64,000 nt of DNA, taken from assembly GCA_902571925.1 (NCBI GenBank), contig CACGDW010000001.1:85483-149482 (forward strand), read 5' to 3'. The stretch is from an uncultured Pelagibacteraceae bacterium. GTDB taxonomy: Bacteria > Pseudomonadota > Alphaproteobacteria > Pelagibacterales > Pelagibacteraceae. The notes beneath the pieces were generated by a model. It had not been told where the DNA came from. It worked only from the letters and a program-made list of their open reading frames with translations, and searched no databases. Below are positions 9,697 to 21,611 of the stretch, piece by piece (within the stretch, counting starts at the first letter, position 1; every line of letters starts with the position of its first letter). The translations under genes and the position numbers were made by a program.

Positions 9697-11471
9697 TAAT
9701 AAATTCTTTCCTGAGGAGGAAAATACTGTACTTCGTTAGTTAATGTAGTTTTATGAACTTCTCTATAGCTTATTTTTGTCTCTTTTCCATTACACCAAGC
9801 TAGAGTATGCTGCATAAACTTTTCATCATCTCTTTTTGGGAAATCTTCTCTTGCATGAGCTCCTCTACTCTCTTTTCTATGATAAGCAGAGTCTACTGTT
9901 GCAACTGCTTGTCTAATTAAATTATCAAATTCTAAAGTTTCGACTAGATCAGTATTAAATACTAACGATTTATCCTTAACAGATAAGGAATCTAACCCGT
10001 CGTAAGTTTTTTTAATTTCTTCAACTCCCTCTTTAAGAGTTTTTTCTGTTCTAAAAACTGCACATTTTGATTGCATTGTCTTTTGCATTGATAATCTTAG
10101 TTCTGCTGTTCCAGTGTCTCCATCAGCATTTCTTATCTTATCAAATCTATCAAGACATTTTTGTGTTTCTGATTCTCCAATTTCTTCATGAGGAGTTCCT
10201 GGTTTAATAAGTTCTGCTGCTCTTTTTGCTGCGGCTCTTCCAAAAACAACTAAATCTATTAAAGAGTTAGATCCTAATCTGTTAGCACCATGGACTGATA
10301 CACATGCAGCTTCACCAATTGCCATCAACCCAGGAACAGTTTTTTCTGAACCATTTATTGTTAGGACTTCTCCTTTATAATTAGTAGGAATACCTCCCAT
10401 GTTATAATGAACTGTTGGAACAACAGGTATTGGTTCTTTGGTAACATCTACATTGGCAAATAGTCTGGCTGCATCTGTTATACCAGGTAATCTACTTTCT
10501 ATAATATCTTTATTCAAATGACTTAAATTTAAGTGAACATGGTCTTTGTCTTTACCAACTCCTCTTCCCTCATTAATTTCAATTGACATTGATCTACTTA
10601 CAACATCTCGTGAAGCTAAGTCTTTTGCATTGGGGGCATATCTTTCCATAAATCTTTCACCTTTTGAATTTGTAAGATATCCACCTTCACCTCTTGCACC
10701 TTCTGTTATTAAAGTTCCATGTCCATATATTCCTGTTGGATGAAATTGCACAAATTCCATATCTTGTAGTGGTAAGCCAGCTCGTAATACCATGGCATTC
10801 CCATCACCTGTACAAGTGTGTGCCGAAGTTGCAGAGTAATAGACTTTACCATAACCACCTGTTGCAATAATTACACTGTGGGCTCTAAATCTATGAATAG
10901 TTCCATCATTTAAGTTCCATGCAATTAGACCCTTGCACTCTCCATCTTTCATTAGCAAATCTAGCGCAAAATATTCTATAAAAAATTCTGTTTTATGTTT
11001 TAAAGCTTGTCCATACAAAGTATGTAAAATTGCATGTCCTGTTCTATCAGCAGCTGCACAAGTTCTTTGTACAATACCGTTACCATAATTTTTTGTCATA
11101 CCTCCAAATGGTCTTTGATAAATTTTTCCATCTTCTGTTCTGCTAAAAGGAACTCCATATTTTTCTAATTCTATAACTGCCTTAGGCGCCTCTTTACAAA
11201 GATATTCAATACTATCTTGATCACCCAACCAGTCTGCACCTTTCACAGTATCATACATATGCCAACGCCAATCATCCTCTCCCATATTGCCAAGAGAAGC
11301 TGAAATACCTCCCTGAGCAGCAGAAGTATGGCTTCTTGTTGGGAACACTTTTGAAATACATGCAGTTTTTAATCCAGACTCACTTAAGCCTACAGCAGCT
11401 CTAAGCCCAGAGCCACCTGCACCCAGGACAACAACATCATATTCGTGGTCTACTATTTTATAAGAACTCAT
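9696..11471 (-). CDS. sdhA: Succinate dehydrogenase flavoprotein
   Basis: [33 protein letters not shown]. Confidence 0.98.
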   Translation of the reverse strand: MSSYKIVDHEYDVVVLGAGGSGLRAAVGLSESGLKTACISKVFPTRSHTSAAQGGISASLGNMGEDDWRWHMYDTVKGADWLGDQDSIEYLCKEAPKAVIELEKYGVPFSRTEDGKIYQRPFGGMTKNYGNGIVQRTCAAADRTGHAILHTLYGQALKHKTEFFIEYFALDLLMKDGECKGLIAWNLNDGTIHRFRAHSVIIATGGYGKVYYSATSAHTCTGDGNAMVLRAGLPLQDMEFVQFHPTGIYGHGTLITEGARGEGGYLTNSKGERFMERYAPNAKDLASRDVVSRSMSIEINEGRGVGKDKDHVHLNLSHLNKDIIESRLPGITDAARLFANVDVTKEPIPVVPTVHYNMGGIPTNYKGEVLTINGSEKTVPGLMAIGEAACVSVHGANRLGSNSLIDLVVFGRAAAKRAAELIKPGTPHEEIGESETQKCLDRFDKIRNADGDTGTAELRLSMQKTMQSKCAVFRTEKTLKEGVEEIKKTYDGLDSLSVKDKSLVFNTDLVETLEFDNLIRQAVATVDSAYHRKESRGAHAREDFPKRDDEKFMQHTLAWCNGKETKISYREVHKTTLTNEVQYFPPQERIY

Positions 11472-11791
11472 AAATTAGTTATTAATATAATTGTAATTAC
11501 TGGAATTGCTACAGCTGAAGCATATAAAAGCTTATTTGCGACATTTTTGATTTTATCATTTTGTATATAATCCTCAAAAACCTCAGTTATGCTTAATGCT
11601 GAAAAGAAGTAAGCATTTATAATAAATAGACTAAATAAAAATTTAGATAGTGGATTAGTAAAAAAAATCATGACCTCTGCATATCCTTGGTCATAAATAG
11701 CAATTAAATTTAGTGTAAACCATAACATTAATGGAATTAGTAAAGCTCCACTAATTTTAAGAAAGATCCATTTTTTTGTTGCGATAATCAT
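11468..11791 (-). CDS. sdhD: Succinate dehydrogenase hydrophobic anchor
   Basis: 3 TM, EVFEDY motif, position between sdhC and sdhA. Confidence 0.88.
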   Translation of the reverse strand: MIIATKKWIFLKISGALLIPLMLWFTLNLIAIYDQGYAEVMIFFTNPLSKFLFSLFIINAYFFSALSITEVFEDYIQNDKIKNVANKLLYASAVAIPVITIILITNL

Positions 11792-12175
11792 TTAAATAAA
11801 ATTTTTTCCTATTAAATAAAAAATTATAGTTAAGATTAATGATCCAAATATAACTAATAAACCTGTAATTTTAGTTGTTTGAAGCTCGAAACCATATCCA
11901 AGATCCATAAAAAGGTGTCTTATCTCACTTAGTATTTGAAATAAAAAAGACCAAGTAAAACCTAAAATAATAAACTTACCAGCAGAAGAGTTTAAAAAAA
12001 AATCTATTGTCTCGTAATTGCTTTCGCCAAGCAAAAGTAGCGAAGCCCAAAGACATATAAATGTAATCGCTACAATATTTATTACACCAGTTATTCTATG
12101 AGAAATTGAAACCAAAGATGAAATATGCCATCTATAAATTTGAATATGAGGTGATAAAGGTTCTTTATTTTCCAT
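11792..12175 (-). CDS. sdhC: Succinate dehydrogenase cytochrome b556 subunit
   Basis: PLSPHIQIY, SISHRITG, IRHLFMD. Confidence 0.95.
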   Translation of the reverse strand: MENKEPLSPHIQIYRWHISSLVSISHRITGVINIVAITFICLWASLLLLGESNYETIDFFLNSSAGKFIILGFTWSFLFQILSEIRHLFMDLGYGFELQTTKITGLLVIFGSLILTIIFYLIGKNFI

Positions 12176-13172
12176 AAAAGTTATTTTTAATTAAAGTTTC
12201 AGCAATCTCTACTGCGTTTAAAGCCGCCCCTCTTAAAAGATTGTCCGAAACAATCCATAAATTCAATCCATTTTCTATTGTTTTATCTTCTCTAATTCTG
12301 GAAATAAATGTTTCATTTTTACCTTCTGCTTCTAGAGGAGTCATGTAACCTCCGTCAGATCTTTTATCAATAACCTTACAGCCAGGAAAATTATCTAGGG
12401 CACTTCTTACTTTTTCTATTGAAAAAGGTTTTTTGAATTGAATATTTACTGACTCTGAGTGAGATATAGATATTGGTAACCTTACACAAGTTGCTGTTAA
12501 ATCTATTTGATTATCAAGAATTTTTTTGGTTTCGTTTGTCATCTTGAGCTCCTCTTTTGTGTAACCATTATCTGAAAATGAATCTATGTGGGGAATGGCA
12601 TTAAAAGCTATTTGTTTTGTGAAGTTTTTAGAAACAACTTTTTTCCCACCTAATACTAATTTAGTTTGTTCTACTAATTCATCCATAGGTGCTTTACCAC
12701 CTCCTGAAACTGATTGATAAGTGGAAACAACTATTCTTTTAATCACAAATAAATCATGTAATGGTTTAAGAGCAATTACTAATTGTGCTGTTGAGCAGTT
12801 AGGATTTGCGATGATATTTTTTTTTATATTATTTAATTCCTTTGAATTTACCTGAGGAACTATTAAAGGAATATCTGGATCCATTCTAAAAAAACTAGAA
12901 CTATCAATTACTATTGAATTTTTTGATGCTTTTTCAGCAAAATTTTTTGATATTTCACCACCAGCGGAAAAGAAAGTGATTTTCGCTTTAGAAAAGTCAA
13001 AACTTTCTAAATCAAAAATTTCATGTTCAATGCCTTTAAATTTGATTTTTTTACCTACACTTTTTGATGAAGCAACTAGATATAGATTTTCAATTTTAAG
13101 TTCTTTTTTTTCAAGAATCTCTAAAATCTTTCTACCTACATTTCCCGTTGCACCTACGATTGCTATATTCAT
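12165..13172 (-). CDS. asd: Aspartate-semialdehyde dehydrogenase
   Basis: VGATGNVG, ANPNCST, STYQSVSG, DNLLRGAALN. Confidence 0.97.
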   Translation of the reverse strand: MNIAIVGATGNVGRKILEILEKKELKIENLYLVASSKSVGKKIKFKGIEHEIFDLESFDFSKAKITFFSAGGEISKNFAEKASKNSIVIDSSSFFRMDPDIPLIVPQVNSKELNNIKKNIIANPNCSTAQLVIALKPLHDLFVIKRIVVSTYQSVSGGGKAPMDELVEQTKLVLGGKKVVSKNFTKQIAFNAIPHIDSFSDNGYTKEELKMTNETKKILDNQIDLTATCVRLPISISHSESVNIQFKKPFSIEKVRSALDNFPGCKVIDKRSDGGYMTPLEAEGKNETFISRIREDKTIENGLNLWIVSDNLLRGAALNAVEIAETLIKNNFYGK

Positions 13173-13192
13173 GATAACGTCTTATTTTTATA

Positions 13193-14302
13193 CTAAATGA
13201 AGGGTAAATCGCAAACTGTTCCTACAAATATTTTTTCATTAATATCTATTTTAAATTGGGTTTTGGCATCCCAATAAGGTTTATTGATCATAGCAATTCC
13301 AATAACCTTTTTAAATGTTGGAGAATATGTTGCTGATCTAACATAACCGACGATTTCATTATTATCGTCTAGTAGTGTCTTTTCACAATACATATCAATT
13401 GTATTATGTTCAATTTCTACACCCATTAGCTTTCTAGTAACACCATCTTGCTTAATTTTTTTTAATTTTTCTTTACCTAAAAAATTAACTTCACTATCAA
13501 GATTTACGAACTTATCAAAATTTGCCTCAAAAGGATTGTCTCTGTTATCAAAATCATTACCATAGGATAATAGTGCGGATTCAATTCTTTCAATTAAATT
13601 GGGGCATCCTGGCTTTACATTAAATTCTGCCCCATATTCAAAAAGATAATCATATAAATCTTGACCAGCAAGATTGTCTTCTACATAAACTTCAAAGCCA
13701 GTTTGTTTTGACCAACCTGATCTAGCAATAAAATATTTTTTGCCCTTAAATTCGTAATACTTAAAATTAAAAAATTTTAGTTGTCTTATTTCCTCACCAA
13801 ATATTTTTGCCATCAGATCATCTGAAAGAGGTCCTTGAATTGCTAAAATATTTACATTTGGCTCTTTAATTTCAACATCAAATTTATTTCCTGCCGCTAG
13901 TCCTTTAGCAAAAAAAATTACATCCGAATCTGCAATTGATAACCACCATCTATCCTCTGCTAGTTTATTTATAATTGGATCATTAACTAGTAAACCTTGA
14001 TCATCAATGAGTGGTGCATAGTAACATTTTCCAATTGTTGATTTAGATAAATCTCTACAAGTCATTAGTTGAACTAATTTTGCAGAGTCTTTACCTGAAA
14101 TCTCAACTTGTCTTTCTGCAGCAACATCCCATACTTGTACAAATTTCTTTAAATGCGCGTAATCAGATTCTAAAGATTTAAATGATGCTGGTAAAAGCAT
14201 ATGATTGTAAACCGTATAACTACTTACTCCACCAGCTTCTATTCTATCTGTGTAAGGAGTACTTCTTAGCCTTCTCGACTTTACAATTGGAAAATTTTTC
14301 AT
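13193..14302 (-). CDS. dmdA: Dimethylsulfoniopropionate demethylase (GcvT family)
   Basis: [56 protein letters not shown]; clustered with acyl-CoA ligase and dehydrogenase. Confidence 0.93.
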   Translation of the reverse strand: MKNFPIVKSRRLRSTPYTDRIEAGGVSSYTVYNHMLLPASFKSLESDYAHLKKFVQVWDVAAERQVEISGKDSAKLVQLMTCRDLSKSTIGKCYYAPLIDDQGLLVNDPIINKLAEDRWWLSIADSDVIFFAKGLAAGNKFDVEIKEPNVNILAIQGPLSDDLMAKIFGEEIRQLKFFNFKYYEFKGKKYFIARSGWSKQTGFEVYVEDNLAGQDLYDYLFEYGAEFNVKPGCPNLIERIESALLSYGNDFDNRDNPFEANFDKFVNLDSEVNFLGKEKLKKIKQDGVTRKLMGVEIEHNTIDMYCEKTLLDDNNEIVGYVRSATYSPTFKKVIGIAMINKPYWDAKTQFKIDINEKIFVGTVCDLPFI

Positions 14303-15075
14303 TTTTTTAAAAATTCTAAGACCTTTTCTCTCATTTCAAATGCTTTTTCAATCATAATCATGTGTCCACATCCGTTAATGATATGTGTCTCAGAATCTTT
14401 TACTAAATTAGCAAATTTTTTTCCTGCTTCTATATTAACCATTTTGTCTAACTCTCCAAAAACTAACAATACTGGACAATTAATAGCTTTTGCTGCGGCA
14501 TAACCATTAGAATAATTATTACATGCAATAAGATCCACTGCCAAAATTTCACTTATATCTCTTGGTGAATTAATTATTTTTTCTACAGGATTACCACCAA
14601 TAAATTTTTTAGAACCCTCATAACTCCATTTCATCATTAATTTAACAGCATCAGAATCACCATTTGATGCTAAATCTATTAGATCTTTATTAACTGGCAT
14701 TCGATACGAACCACCAATTAAAACCATTTTTTTTAATCTTTTCTTATATTTAAACGAGTACTCAATAGCTTCTAGACAGCCTTGAGAATGACCAACTATT
14801 ATTAAATTTTTCAAATTAAGTTTATGAAAAACTTTTTCTAACCACTCTGAAATTTTTTCAATACTATCTAAACAAGGACCCTCTGAATTTCCATGGCCTG
14901 GTAAATCAATTGAAAGGACATTAAAATTTTTACTTGAGAAAAATTGCTCTGATAAGGACCAAACAATATGTGAGAGACCGCTTCCATGAAGAAACACTAT
15001 TGTATCCTTTGAACTATCTGTGCCTTGTCCAGCATCAGATGCATGAACACTTTTGTTTTCTATTTCAATTATCAA
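14299..15075 (-). CDS. Alpha/beta hydrolase of unknown function within the dmd cluster
   Basis: HGSG, DLPGHG, GHSQG nucleophile elbow, GELDKM (Asp), GCGH (His). Confidence 0.88.
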   Translation of the reverse strand: MIIEIENKSVHASDAGQGTDSSKDTIVFLHGSGLSHIVWSLSEQFFSSKNFNVLSIDLPGHGNSEGPCLDSIEKISEWLEKVFHKLNLKNLIIVGHSQGCLEAIEYSFKYKKRLKKMVLIGGSYRMPVNKDLIDLASNGDSDAVKLMMKWSYEGSKKFIGGNPVEKIINSPRDISEILAVDLIACNNYSNGYAAAKAINCPVLLVFGELDKMVNIEAGKKFANLVKDSETHIINGCGHMIMIEKAFEMREKVLEFLKK

Positions 15076-15083
15076 TTAATTAC

Positions 15084-16700
15084 CTAAAATTTTTTTCTCA
15101 ATTCAAATTTTTGAATTTTACCTGTTGAAGTTTTTGGCAATTCACAAAAAATTACTTGTTTTGGAACTTTAAAACCAGCTAATGTTTCCTTACAAAAATC
15201 AATTAATTCTTTGTCTGTTGTAGGCTTATCTTTAACCATTTCAATAAATGCACATGGTACTTCTCCCCATTTTTCATCAGGCTTGGCAACAACCGCAGCA
15301 ATTGATACTGAGGGATGTTTAGATAAAGTATTCTCAATTTCAATTGAAGATATATTTTCCCCTCCAGAAATAATTATATCTTTTGACCTATCTTGTATTT
15401 TTACATATCCGTCTGGGTGTATTACCGCTAAGTCTCCAGAATGAAACCAACCACCAGCCATAGCTTTATCTGTTGCTGCTTTATCTTTAAAATAACCCTT
15501 CATAACTACATTTCCCCTAAGCATAATCTCGCCAATTGTTTTTCCATCTTTTGGTACTTCCTTCATTGTTTCAGGATCCATTATGGTTGCACCCTCAAGG
15601 TTAGGATATCTTACACCTTGTCTTGCTTTAATTTCGTTCTGCTTATCTTCATCAAAATCATTCCAATCATCATTCCAAGCACATTGTGTGACATGTCCAT
15701 AAGTCTCTGTTAACCCATATACGTGCATTACCTCAAAGCCAAGTTGTTTCATCTTTTTAAAAATTATACTCGGTGGTGGAGCTCCTGCAGTAAGTACATG
15801 TACTTTATGTTTTAATTTTTTTCGATCACTTTCAGGAGCACCTGTTATCATATTTAATATTATAGGAGCGCCTCCAAAGTGGGTGATATTGTATTTATCT
15901 ATTAACTCAAAAATTTTTTTAACATCAATATTTCTTAAGCAGATAGTTCTTCCATTTAACATTGGCACTGTCCAGGGATAACACCAGCCATTACAATGAA
16001 ACATTGGTACAATTGTTAAAAAATTTAATCTATTTGGCATATTCCACGCAACAGCACTTCCAGTTGACATTAAATACGATCCTCGATGATGATATACAAC
16101 TCCTTTTGGGTTTCCTGTAGTTCCAGAAGTATAGCTCAATGATATAGCTTGCCACTCATCCTCTGGCATTTTCCAAATATAATCATCATCACCAGTATTT
16201 AAAAAACTTTCATATTCTAGTTCACCAATTTTTTCTAATTTAGACTGGTCTGCAAACTTGTCATGAATATCAATTATAATAATTTTTTTATCTAATTTGC
16301 TTAATGCTTTCTTTACCTCAGAATGAAGTTGTCTATCAACTACCAATACTTTTGCATCACTATGATCTAAAATATATGAAATAGTATTAGCATCTAATCT
16401 TATATTAATTGTATTTAATACTGCACCAGTCATTGGGACTGAATAATGTGCCTCAAAAATTTCTGGTGTATTAAAAGCCAAAAATGAAACTGTATCTCCT
16501 TTAGTGATGCCAATTTTTTCTAAAGCACTAGCAAACCTGGTAGCTCTTTTATAAACTTCACTCCAAGTGTATTTTCGATCTTCATAAACTATAGCTTCAT
16601 AATTAGGATAAATATCTTTTGCTCTCTCCAAAAAAGATATGGGAGTTAAAGGAACATAGTTTGCTTTGTTTTTTTCTAAATTTTTGTCGTAATGACTCAT
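15084..16700 (-). CDS. dmdB: Acyl-CoA ligase, probable 3-methylmercaptopropionate-CoA ligase
   Basis: YTSGTTGNPKG, PMFHCNGW, YGLTET, PKTSTGKIQK; context with dmdA. Confidence 0.85.
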   Translation of the reverse strand: MSHYDKNLEKNKANYVPLTPISFLERAKDIYPNYEAIVYEDRKYTWSEVYKRATRFASALEKIGITKGDTVSFLAFNTPEIFEAHYSVPMTGAVLNTINIRLDANTISYILDHSDAKVLVVDRQLHSEVKKALSKLDKKIIIIDIHDKFADQSKLEKIGELEYESFLNTGDDDYIWKMPEDEWQAISLSYTSGTTGNPKGVVYHHRGSYLMSTGSAVAWNMPNRLNFLTIVPMFHCNGWCYPWTVPMLNGRTICLRNIDVKKIFELIDKYNITHFGGAPIILNMITGAPESDRKKLKHKVHVLTAGAPPPSIIFKKMKQLGFEVMHVYGLTETYGHVTQCAWNDDWNDFDEDKQNEIKARQGVRYPNLEGATIMDPETMKEVPKDGKTIGEIMLRGNVVMKGYFKDKAATDKAMAGGWFHSGDLAVIHPDGYVKIQDRSKDIIISGGENISSIEIENTLSKHPSVSIAAVVAKPDEKWGEVPCAFIEMVKDKPTTDKELIDFCKETLAGFKVPKQVIFCELPKTSTGKIQKFELRKKF

Positions 16701-16701
16701 T

Positions 16702-18465
16702 TTAGTTGAATTTAAAGTTCATTATATTCGAACTACCTGAAATAGCTGATTTGTAATGCTGCTCAGCTCTTGGTAAAACTTTATCAAAATAAAATTTGGC
16801 TGTATTTATTTTATCATCATAAAATTTTTTATTTTCATCATAATCTTTAAAACTTACTTCCAGAACCTTTATCCATGCGTAAGCAACTGATACATAGCCA
16901 AGAGTTTTTAAATAATCATTTGCACCTGCACTAACATCATCTTTATGTGTCTTCGCTTTTTCGATAGTCCATTCACTAAACTTAGCAAGAATATCTAAAT
17001 AATGAGTAAATTCTTTGATAAATGGCTTAATTTTTTCATCATTTGAATTAGTTTCAGATTTAATTAAATCTAAAAATCTATTGATTATATTTCCATTTTT
17101 ATTTGATAATTTTCGAAACACTAAATCAGCTGCTTGGACTGAATTAGTGCCTTCATAAATTGGGGTAATTCTATTATCACGATATAGCTGTTCTATTCCT
17201 TGGTCTTTAGTATATCCATATCCCCCATGAATTTGCATTGCATCATTAGTAATTTCCATACCTAGATCAGTGAATAATGATTTTACTACTGGGGTCATTA
17301 AAGAAACAAAGTCAGATGCTTCTTGACGAATTTTTTCATTTGGATGATTTAAACTAACTTCTGTTTGCTGAGATAACCAAAAACATAATGCTCTTTCGCC
17401 TTCAATAATAGATTTCATGTTTAATAATGATCTTCTTATATCTGCGTGTTCAATAATCAAATCTGCTCCATTAGAAGATTTTGTATTATTAGTTTTGCCT
17501 TGCTTCCTCTCTTTAGCATAAGCTAAAGAATTTTGATAAGCAATTTCTGAGATTCCCAATCCTTGAATACCAACAACAATTCTTTCAAGATTCATCATTG
17601 TAAACATTGCACTTAAACCTTTATCTTTTATTCCAATCATATATCCAGTTGCTCCATCAAAATTAAGAACACATGTAGCTGAACCTTTGATGCCCATTTT
17701 ACTTTCAATAGAACCTGTTGATACTCCATTTCTTGGACCTACACTTCCATCTTCATTTACTAAAAATTTTGGCACTAAAAACAAACTTATACCTTTTGTA
17801 CCAGCTGGAGAGTCTGTTGCTCTTGCAATTACTAAATGAATAATATTTTCTGTAAGATCTTGATCACCGGAAGTAATAAATATCTTCTGACCACTAAGTT
17901 TGTATGTTCCATCAGATTGTTTCTCAGCTTTAGTTTTTAAAAGTCCTAAATCAGTCCCACAAACTGGTTCAGTTAAACACATCGTACCACTCCATTTACC
18001 TTCGACTATTTTCGGTAAATATCTATTTTTTATTTCTTCTGAGGCATGATGATTTATACAATTATATGCTCCAATACTAAGTTCGCTATAAAGTTTAAAA
18101 GATAAACTTGCAGATGAGAGCATTTCATCAAAAAAAGCACTTACAGTTTTTGGCATCCCCTGGCCACCATACTTTGGATCACAAGATAAAGAGGTCCAAC
18201 CATCTTCAATATACTTTTGATAGGCTTCTTTATATCCAGGAGGTGTTCTTACTACTCCATTTTCTAAAACTGCAGGATTTTCATCGCCAATTTTAGCAAG
18301 AGGTAATATTAAATTTTGATTTATCTTTGCAGCTTCTTCTAAAATGTCCTTAACAAGATCTGAACTGACTTCTTTATATTTTTCCAATTCATTATATTTT
18401 TTATTATCTCGTAGTTTCTCAAAAAGAAACAGCATATCTTCAACTGGTGCAGTGTAGCTTGGCAT
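16702..18465 (-). CDS. dmdC: Acyl-CoA dehydrogenase, probable MMPA-CoA dehydrogenase
   Basis: GTMCLTEP, KIFITSG, KMGIKGSATC, GGYGY, IYEGTN; long 587-aa type; context with dmdA. Confidence 0.85.
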   Translation of the reverse strand: MPSYTAPVEDMLFLFEKLRDNKKYNELEKYKEVSSDLVKDILEEAAKINQNLILPLAKIGDENPAVLENGVVRTPPGYKEAYQKYIEDGWTSLSCDPKYGGQGMPKTVSAFFDEMLSSASLSFKLYSELSIGAYNCINHHASEEIKNRYLPKIVEGKWSGTMCLTEPVCGTDLGLLKTKAEKQSDGTYKLSGQKIFITSGDQDLTENIIHLVIARATDSPAGTKGISLFLVPKFLVNEDGSVGPRNGVSTGSIESKMGIKGSATCVLNFDGATGYMIGIKDKGLSAMFTMMNLERIVVGIQGLGISEIAYQNSLAYAKERKQGKTNNTKSSNGADLIIEHADIRRSLLNMKSIIEGERALCFWLSQQTEVSLNHPNEKIRQEASDFVSLMTPVVKSLFTDLGMEITNDAMQIHGGYGYTKDQGIEQLYRDNRITPIYEGTNSVQAADLVFRKLSNKNGNIINRFLDLIKSETNSNDEKIKPFIKEFTHYLDILAKFSEWTIEKAKTHKDDVSAGANDYLKTLGYVSVAYAWIKVLEVSFKDYDENKKFYDDKINTAKFYFDKVLPRAEQHYKSAISGSSNIMNFKFN

Positions 18466-18491
18466 AGAATTAGTTTAGGATAATTAGTAGA

Positions 18492-19598
18492 TTATTGCAA
18501 TTTTGAAATTATCGCATCTCCCATTTGAGAGGTAGAAATTTCTTTCATTCCGTTAGATAGAATATCTTTTGTTCTTAATCCATCATTTAGTACATCTTGG
18601 ACAGCTTTTTCAAGGGCTTCAGCCTCTTTATCTAGGTCTAAGGAATACCTTAAGGCCATGGCAAAACTCAATATAGTTGCAATTGGGTTTGCAATTCCTT
18701 TACCAGCTATATCTGGAGCAGACCCATGAATTGGTTCGTACATTGCTCTCATTTCTCCATCTTTATTTTTAGCACCTAAAGATGCAGATGGCAAAAGTCC
18801 TAATGACCCTGTAAGCATTGAGGCCTGATCTGATAGCATATCCCCAAATAAATTATCAGTTACAATTACATCAAACTGTTTGGGATCTCTTAATAACTGC
18901 ATTGCACAATTATCAGCAAGCATATGACTTAGTTCTACATCTTTATATTCTTTTTCATGTAACGCCTGGACCTCTTCTTTCCATAATTGTCCCGCTTCCA
19001 TGACATTTGATTTTTCACAAGATGTAACTTTATTTGATCTTTTTTTTGCTAAATCAAAAGCGATTTTAGCTACTCTAATTATTTCACTACTTGTATAGGT
19101 ATGAGTGTTGATTCCCTTTCTTTCACCATTCTCAATTGGTTTAATTCCTCGAGGTTCACCAAAATATATTCCACCTGTCAATTCTCTTACAATCATAATA
19201 TCTAAACCAGAAACAATTTCTGGTTTTAAAGTTGATGCATCGACTAATTGTTTAAAACATATTGCTGGTCTTAAGTTAGCAAATAATTTTAATTCTTTTC
19301 TAAGTTTTAATAATGCTCTTTCAGGTTTTTTTGAGAATTCTAAATTATCCCACTTTGGACCTCCAACTGCTCCTAGCATCACTACTGCACTTTCTAACGC
19401 TTTATAAAAAACCTCATCTGTTATAGGAGTTCCATGTTTATCAAAAGAACATCCTCCAGCAAGATCTTGGTCTATTTCAAAATCAAGCGATTTTTTATCG
19501 TTAAACCAATTGATTATTTTTTTTACTTCACCAATAACTTCTGGGCCAATACCGTCACCAGGTAATAATAAAATTTTTCTTTTTTTTACTTTAATCAT
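18492..19598 (-). CDS. leuB: 3-isopropylmalate dehydrogenase
   Basis: [29 protein letters not shown]. Confidence 0.97.
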   Translation of the reverse strand: MIKVKKRKILLLPGDGIGPEVIGEVKKIINWFNDKKSLDFEIDQDLAGGCSFDKHGTPITDEVFYKALESAVVMLGAVGGPKWDNLEFSKKPERALLKLRKELKLFANLRPAICFKQLVDASTLKPEIVSGLDIMIVRELTGGIYFGEPRGIKPIENGERKGINTHTYTSSEIIRVAKIAFDLAKKRSNKVTSCEKSNVMEAGQLWKEEVQALHEKEYKDVELSHMLADNCAMQLLRDPKQFDVIVTDNLFGDMLSDQASMLTGSLGLLPSASLGAKNKDGEMRAMYEPIHGSAPDIAGKGIANPIATILSFAMALRYSLDLDKEAEALEKAVQDVLNDGLRTKDILSNGMKEISTSQMGDAIISKLQ

Positions 19599-20196
19599 TA
19601 AAAATCCAAGGTTTTTTATTTTTTAAATCTTTTTCAAAATTTTCAATTTTTTCTGACTTCTCTAATGATAGTGCAATATCATCTAAACCCTCTAATAAAC
19701 ATTTCTTCTTAAATTCATCTACTTGAAAGTTTATTTCGTTATTTCCATAAATAATTTTATTTTGGTTGAGATCTATAGATATTTCTTCTTTTCGATTAGC
19801 GTATTCGGACAATTCTTTGATTTTTTCTTCTTCAAGAATTATAGGCAAAATTCCATTTTTGAAACAGTTACTATAAAAAATATCTGCAAAGCTTGAACTT
19901 ATTACACAAGTTATGCCAAAGTCTAGTAATGCCCAAGGAGCATGTTCTCTAGATGATCCACATCCAAAGTTTTTACCAGCTATCAAAATTTTAGAGTTAT
20001 TAAATGGATTTTGATTTAAAACAAAATCACTTATCTCTTTACCTTGATCATCATATCTCATCTCGAAAAACAAATTTTTGCCAAGACCAGTTCTTTTTAT
20101 GGTTTTTAAAAATTGTTTTGGAATTATCATATCAGTATCAATATTTACTATTGGTAAATATGCTGGGATGCTCTTTAAAGTATTAAATTTTTGCAT
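19591..20196 (-). CDS. leuD: 3-isopropylmalate dehydratase small subunit
   Basis: [28 protein letters not shown]. Confidence 0.97.
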   Translation of the reverse strand: MQKFNTLKSIPAYLPIVNIDTDMIIPKQFLKTIKRTGLGKNLFFEMRYDDQGKEISDFVLNQNPFNNSKILIAGKNFGCGSSREHAPWALLDFGITCVISSSFADIFYSNCFKNGILPIILEEEKIKELSEYANRKEEISIDLNQNKIIYGNNEINFQVDEFKKKCLLEGLDDIALSLEKSEKIENFEKDLKNKKPWIFND

Positions 20197-21600
20197 CTAA
20201 CTTTGGTACTTTCTAACATCGTCCAGATTTCCAGAAATAGCAGCAGCAGCAGCCATACCTGGACTTACTAAATGTGTTCTACCACCTCTTCCTTGCCTTC
20301 CTTCAAAATTTCTATTAGATGTAGATGCACATCTTTCTTGAGGTTTTAATTTATCTGCATTCATAGCTAAACACATTGAACAACCTGGTTCTCTCCATTC
20401 AAAACCAGAATTAACAAATATTTTATCTAACCCTTCTTGTTCAGCTTGTTCTTTAACTAATCCTGATCCAGGTACCACCATAGCTTGAACATGAGAAGCT
20501 ATCTTTTTATCTTTTAAAATTTTTGCTGCTTCTCTTAAATCTTCTATTCTTCCATTTGTACAGCTTCCTATAAAAACTTTATCTATCTTTATGTCTTTTG
20601 CGGCCATGTTAGGTTTTAAACCCATATAATTTAAAGATCTTTCTAAAGAATTTTTTCTGTCCTCGTCTTTTTCGTTCTGTGGGTTTGGAACTTTTTCATC
20701 TATCGTAATTACATCTTGAGGAGATGTTCCCCACGTTATCATTGGTAAAATCTCATCTGCTTTAAGATTGATTTCTTTGTCAAATTTAGCATTTTCATCT
20801 GTTCTTAAATTTTTCCAATATTCTAAAGCTTTATCCCAATCTTTTCCTTTTGGAGACATTGGTCTACCCTTTAAATATTCAAATATTTTTTCATCTGGTG
20901 CTATTAATCCTGCTCTAGCACCACCCTCTATAGTCATATTGCAAATTGTCATTCTTTGCTCAACACTTAATGATCTAATTAAGTCACCTGCATATTCTAT
21001 TACACAACCTGTTCCTCCAGCTGTACCAATTTTTCCGATTATTTGAAGAATAACATCTTTAGAAGTTACGCCCAACGGAAGTTTACCGTTTACATTTACT
21101 CTAAAATTTTTAGCTTTTTTTTGAACTAAAGTCTGAGTAGCTAAAACATGTTCTACTTCTGAAGTTCCAATTCCAAATGCTAAAGAACCAAAAGCACCAT
21201 GAGTTGCGGTATGGCTATCACCACATACTATTACTGTTCCAGGCTGCGTAAAACCCTGCTCTGGACCTGTGACATGTACAATTCCTTGTCTCTTATCATT
21301 CATACCAAAAAGTTTAATTCCAAACTCTTTACAATTAGCTTCTAAAGTTTCAACTTGTATCTTTGACTCTTTATCAGAAATACCTTTTGATCTATCAGTT
21401 GTTGGAACATTATGATCAGCAACTGCAAGTGTTAAATTAGGATGTCTCACCTTACGATTAGAATTTCTTAAACCTTCAAACGCTTGAGGACTAGTAACTT
21501 CGTGAACTAAATGTCTATCAACAAATAATAAAGCAGTACCATCAGCCTGTTGGTCCACTAAGTGATCATTCCAAATTTTATCGTATAAAGTATTGGGCAT
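20197..21600 (-). CDS. leuC: 3-isopropylmalate dehydratase large subunit
   Basis: [44 protein letters not shown]. Confidence 0.98.
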   Translation of the reverse strand: MPNTLYDKIWNDHLVDQQADGTALLFVDRHLVHEVTSPQAFEGLRNSNRKVRHPNLTLAVADHNVPTTDRSKGISDKESKIQVETLEANCKEFGIKLFGMNDKRQGIVHVTGPEQGFTQPGTVIVCGDSHTATHGAFGSLAFGIGTSEVEHVLATQTLVQKKAKNFRVNVNGKLPLGVTSKDVILQIIGKIGTAGGTGCVIEYAGDLIRSLSVEQRMTICNMTIEGGARAGLIAPDEKIFEYLKGRPMSPKGKDWDKALEYWKNLRTDENAKFDKEINLKADEILPMITWGTSPQDVITIDEKVPNPQNEKDEDRKNSLERSLNYMGLKPNMAAKDIKIDKVFIGSCTNGRIEDLREAAKILKDKKIASHVQAMVVPGSGLVKEQAEQEGLDKIFVNSGFEWREPGCSMCLAMNADKLKPQERCASTSNRNFEGRQGRGGRTHLVSPGMAAAAAISGNLDDVRKYQS

Positions 21601-21611
21601 TGAAAAAAAAA

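Noticed and set aside
13193-14302. gcvT
   Set aside because: No gcvH/gcvP nearby; motifs and context match DmdA
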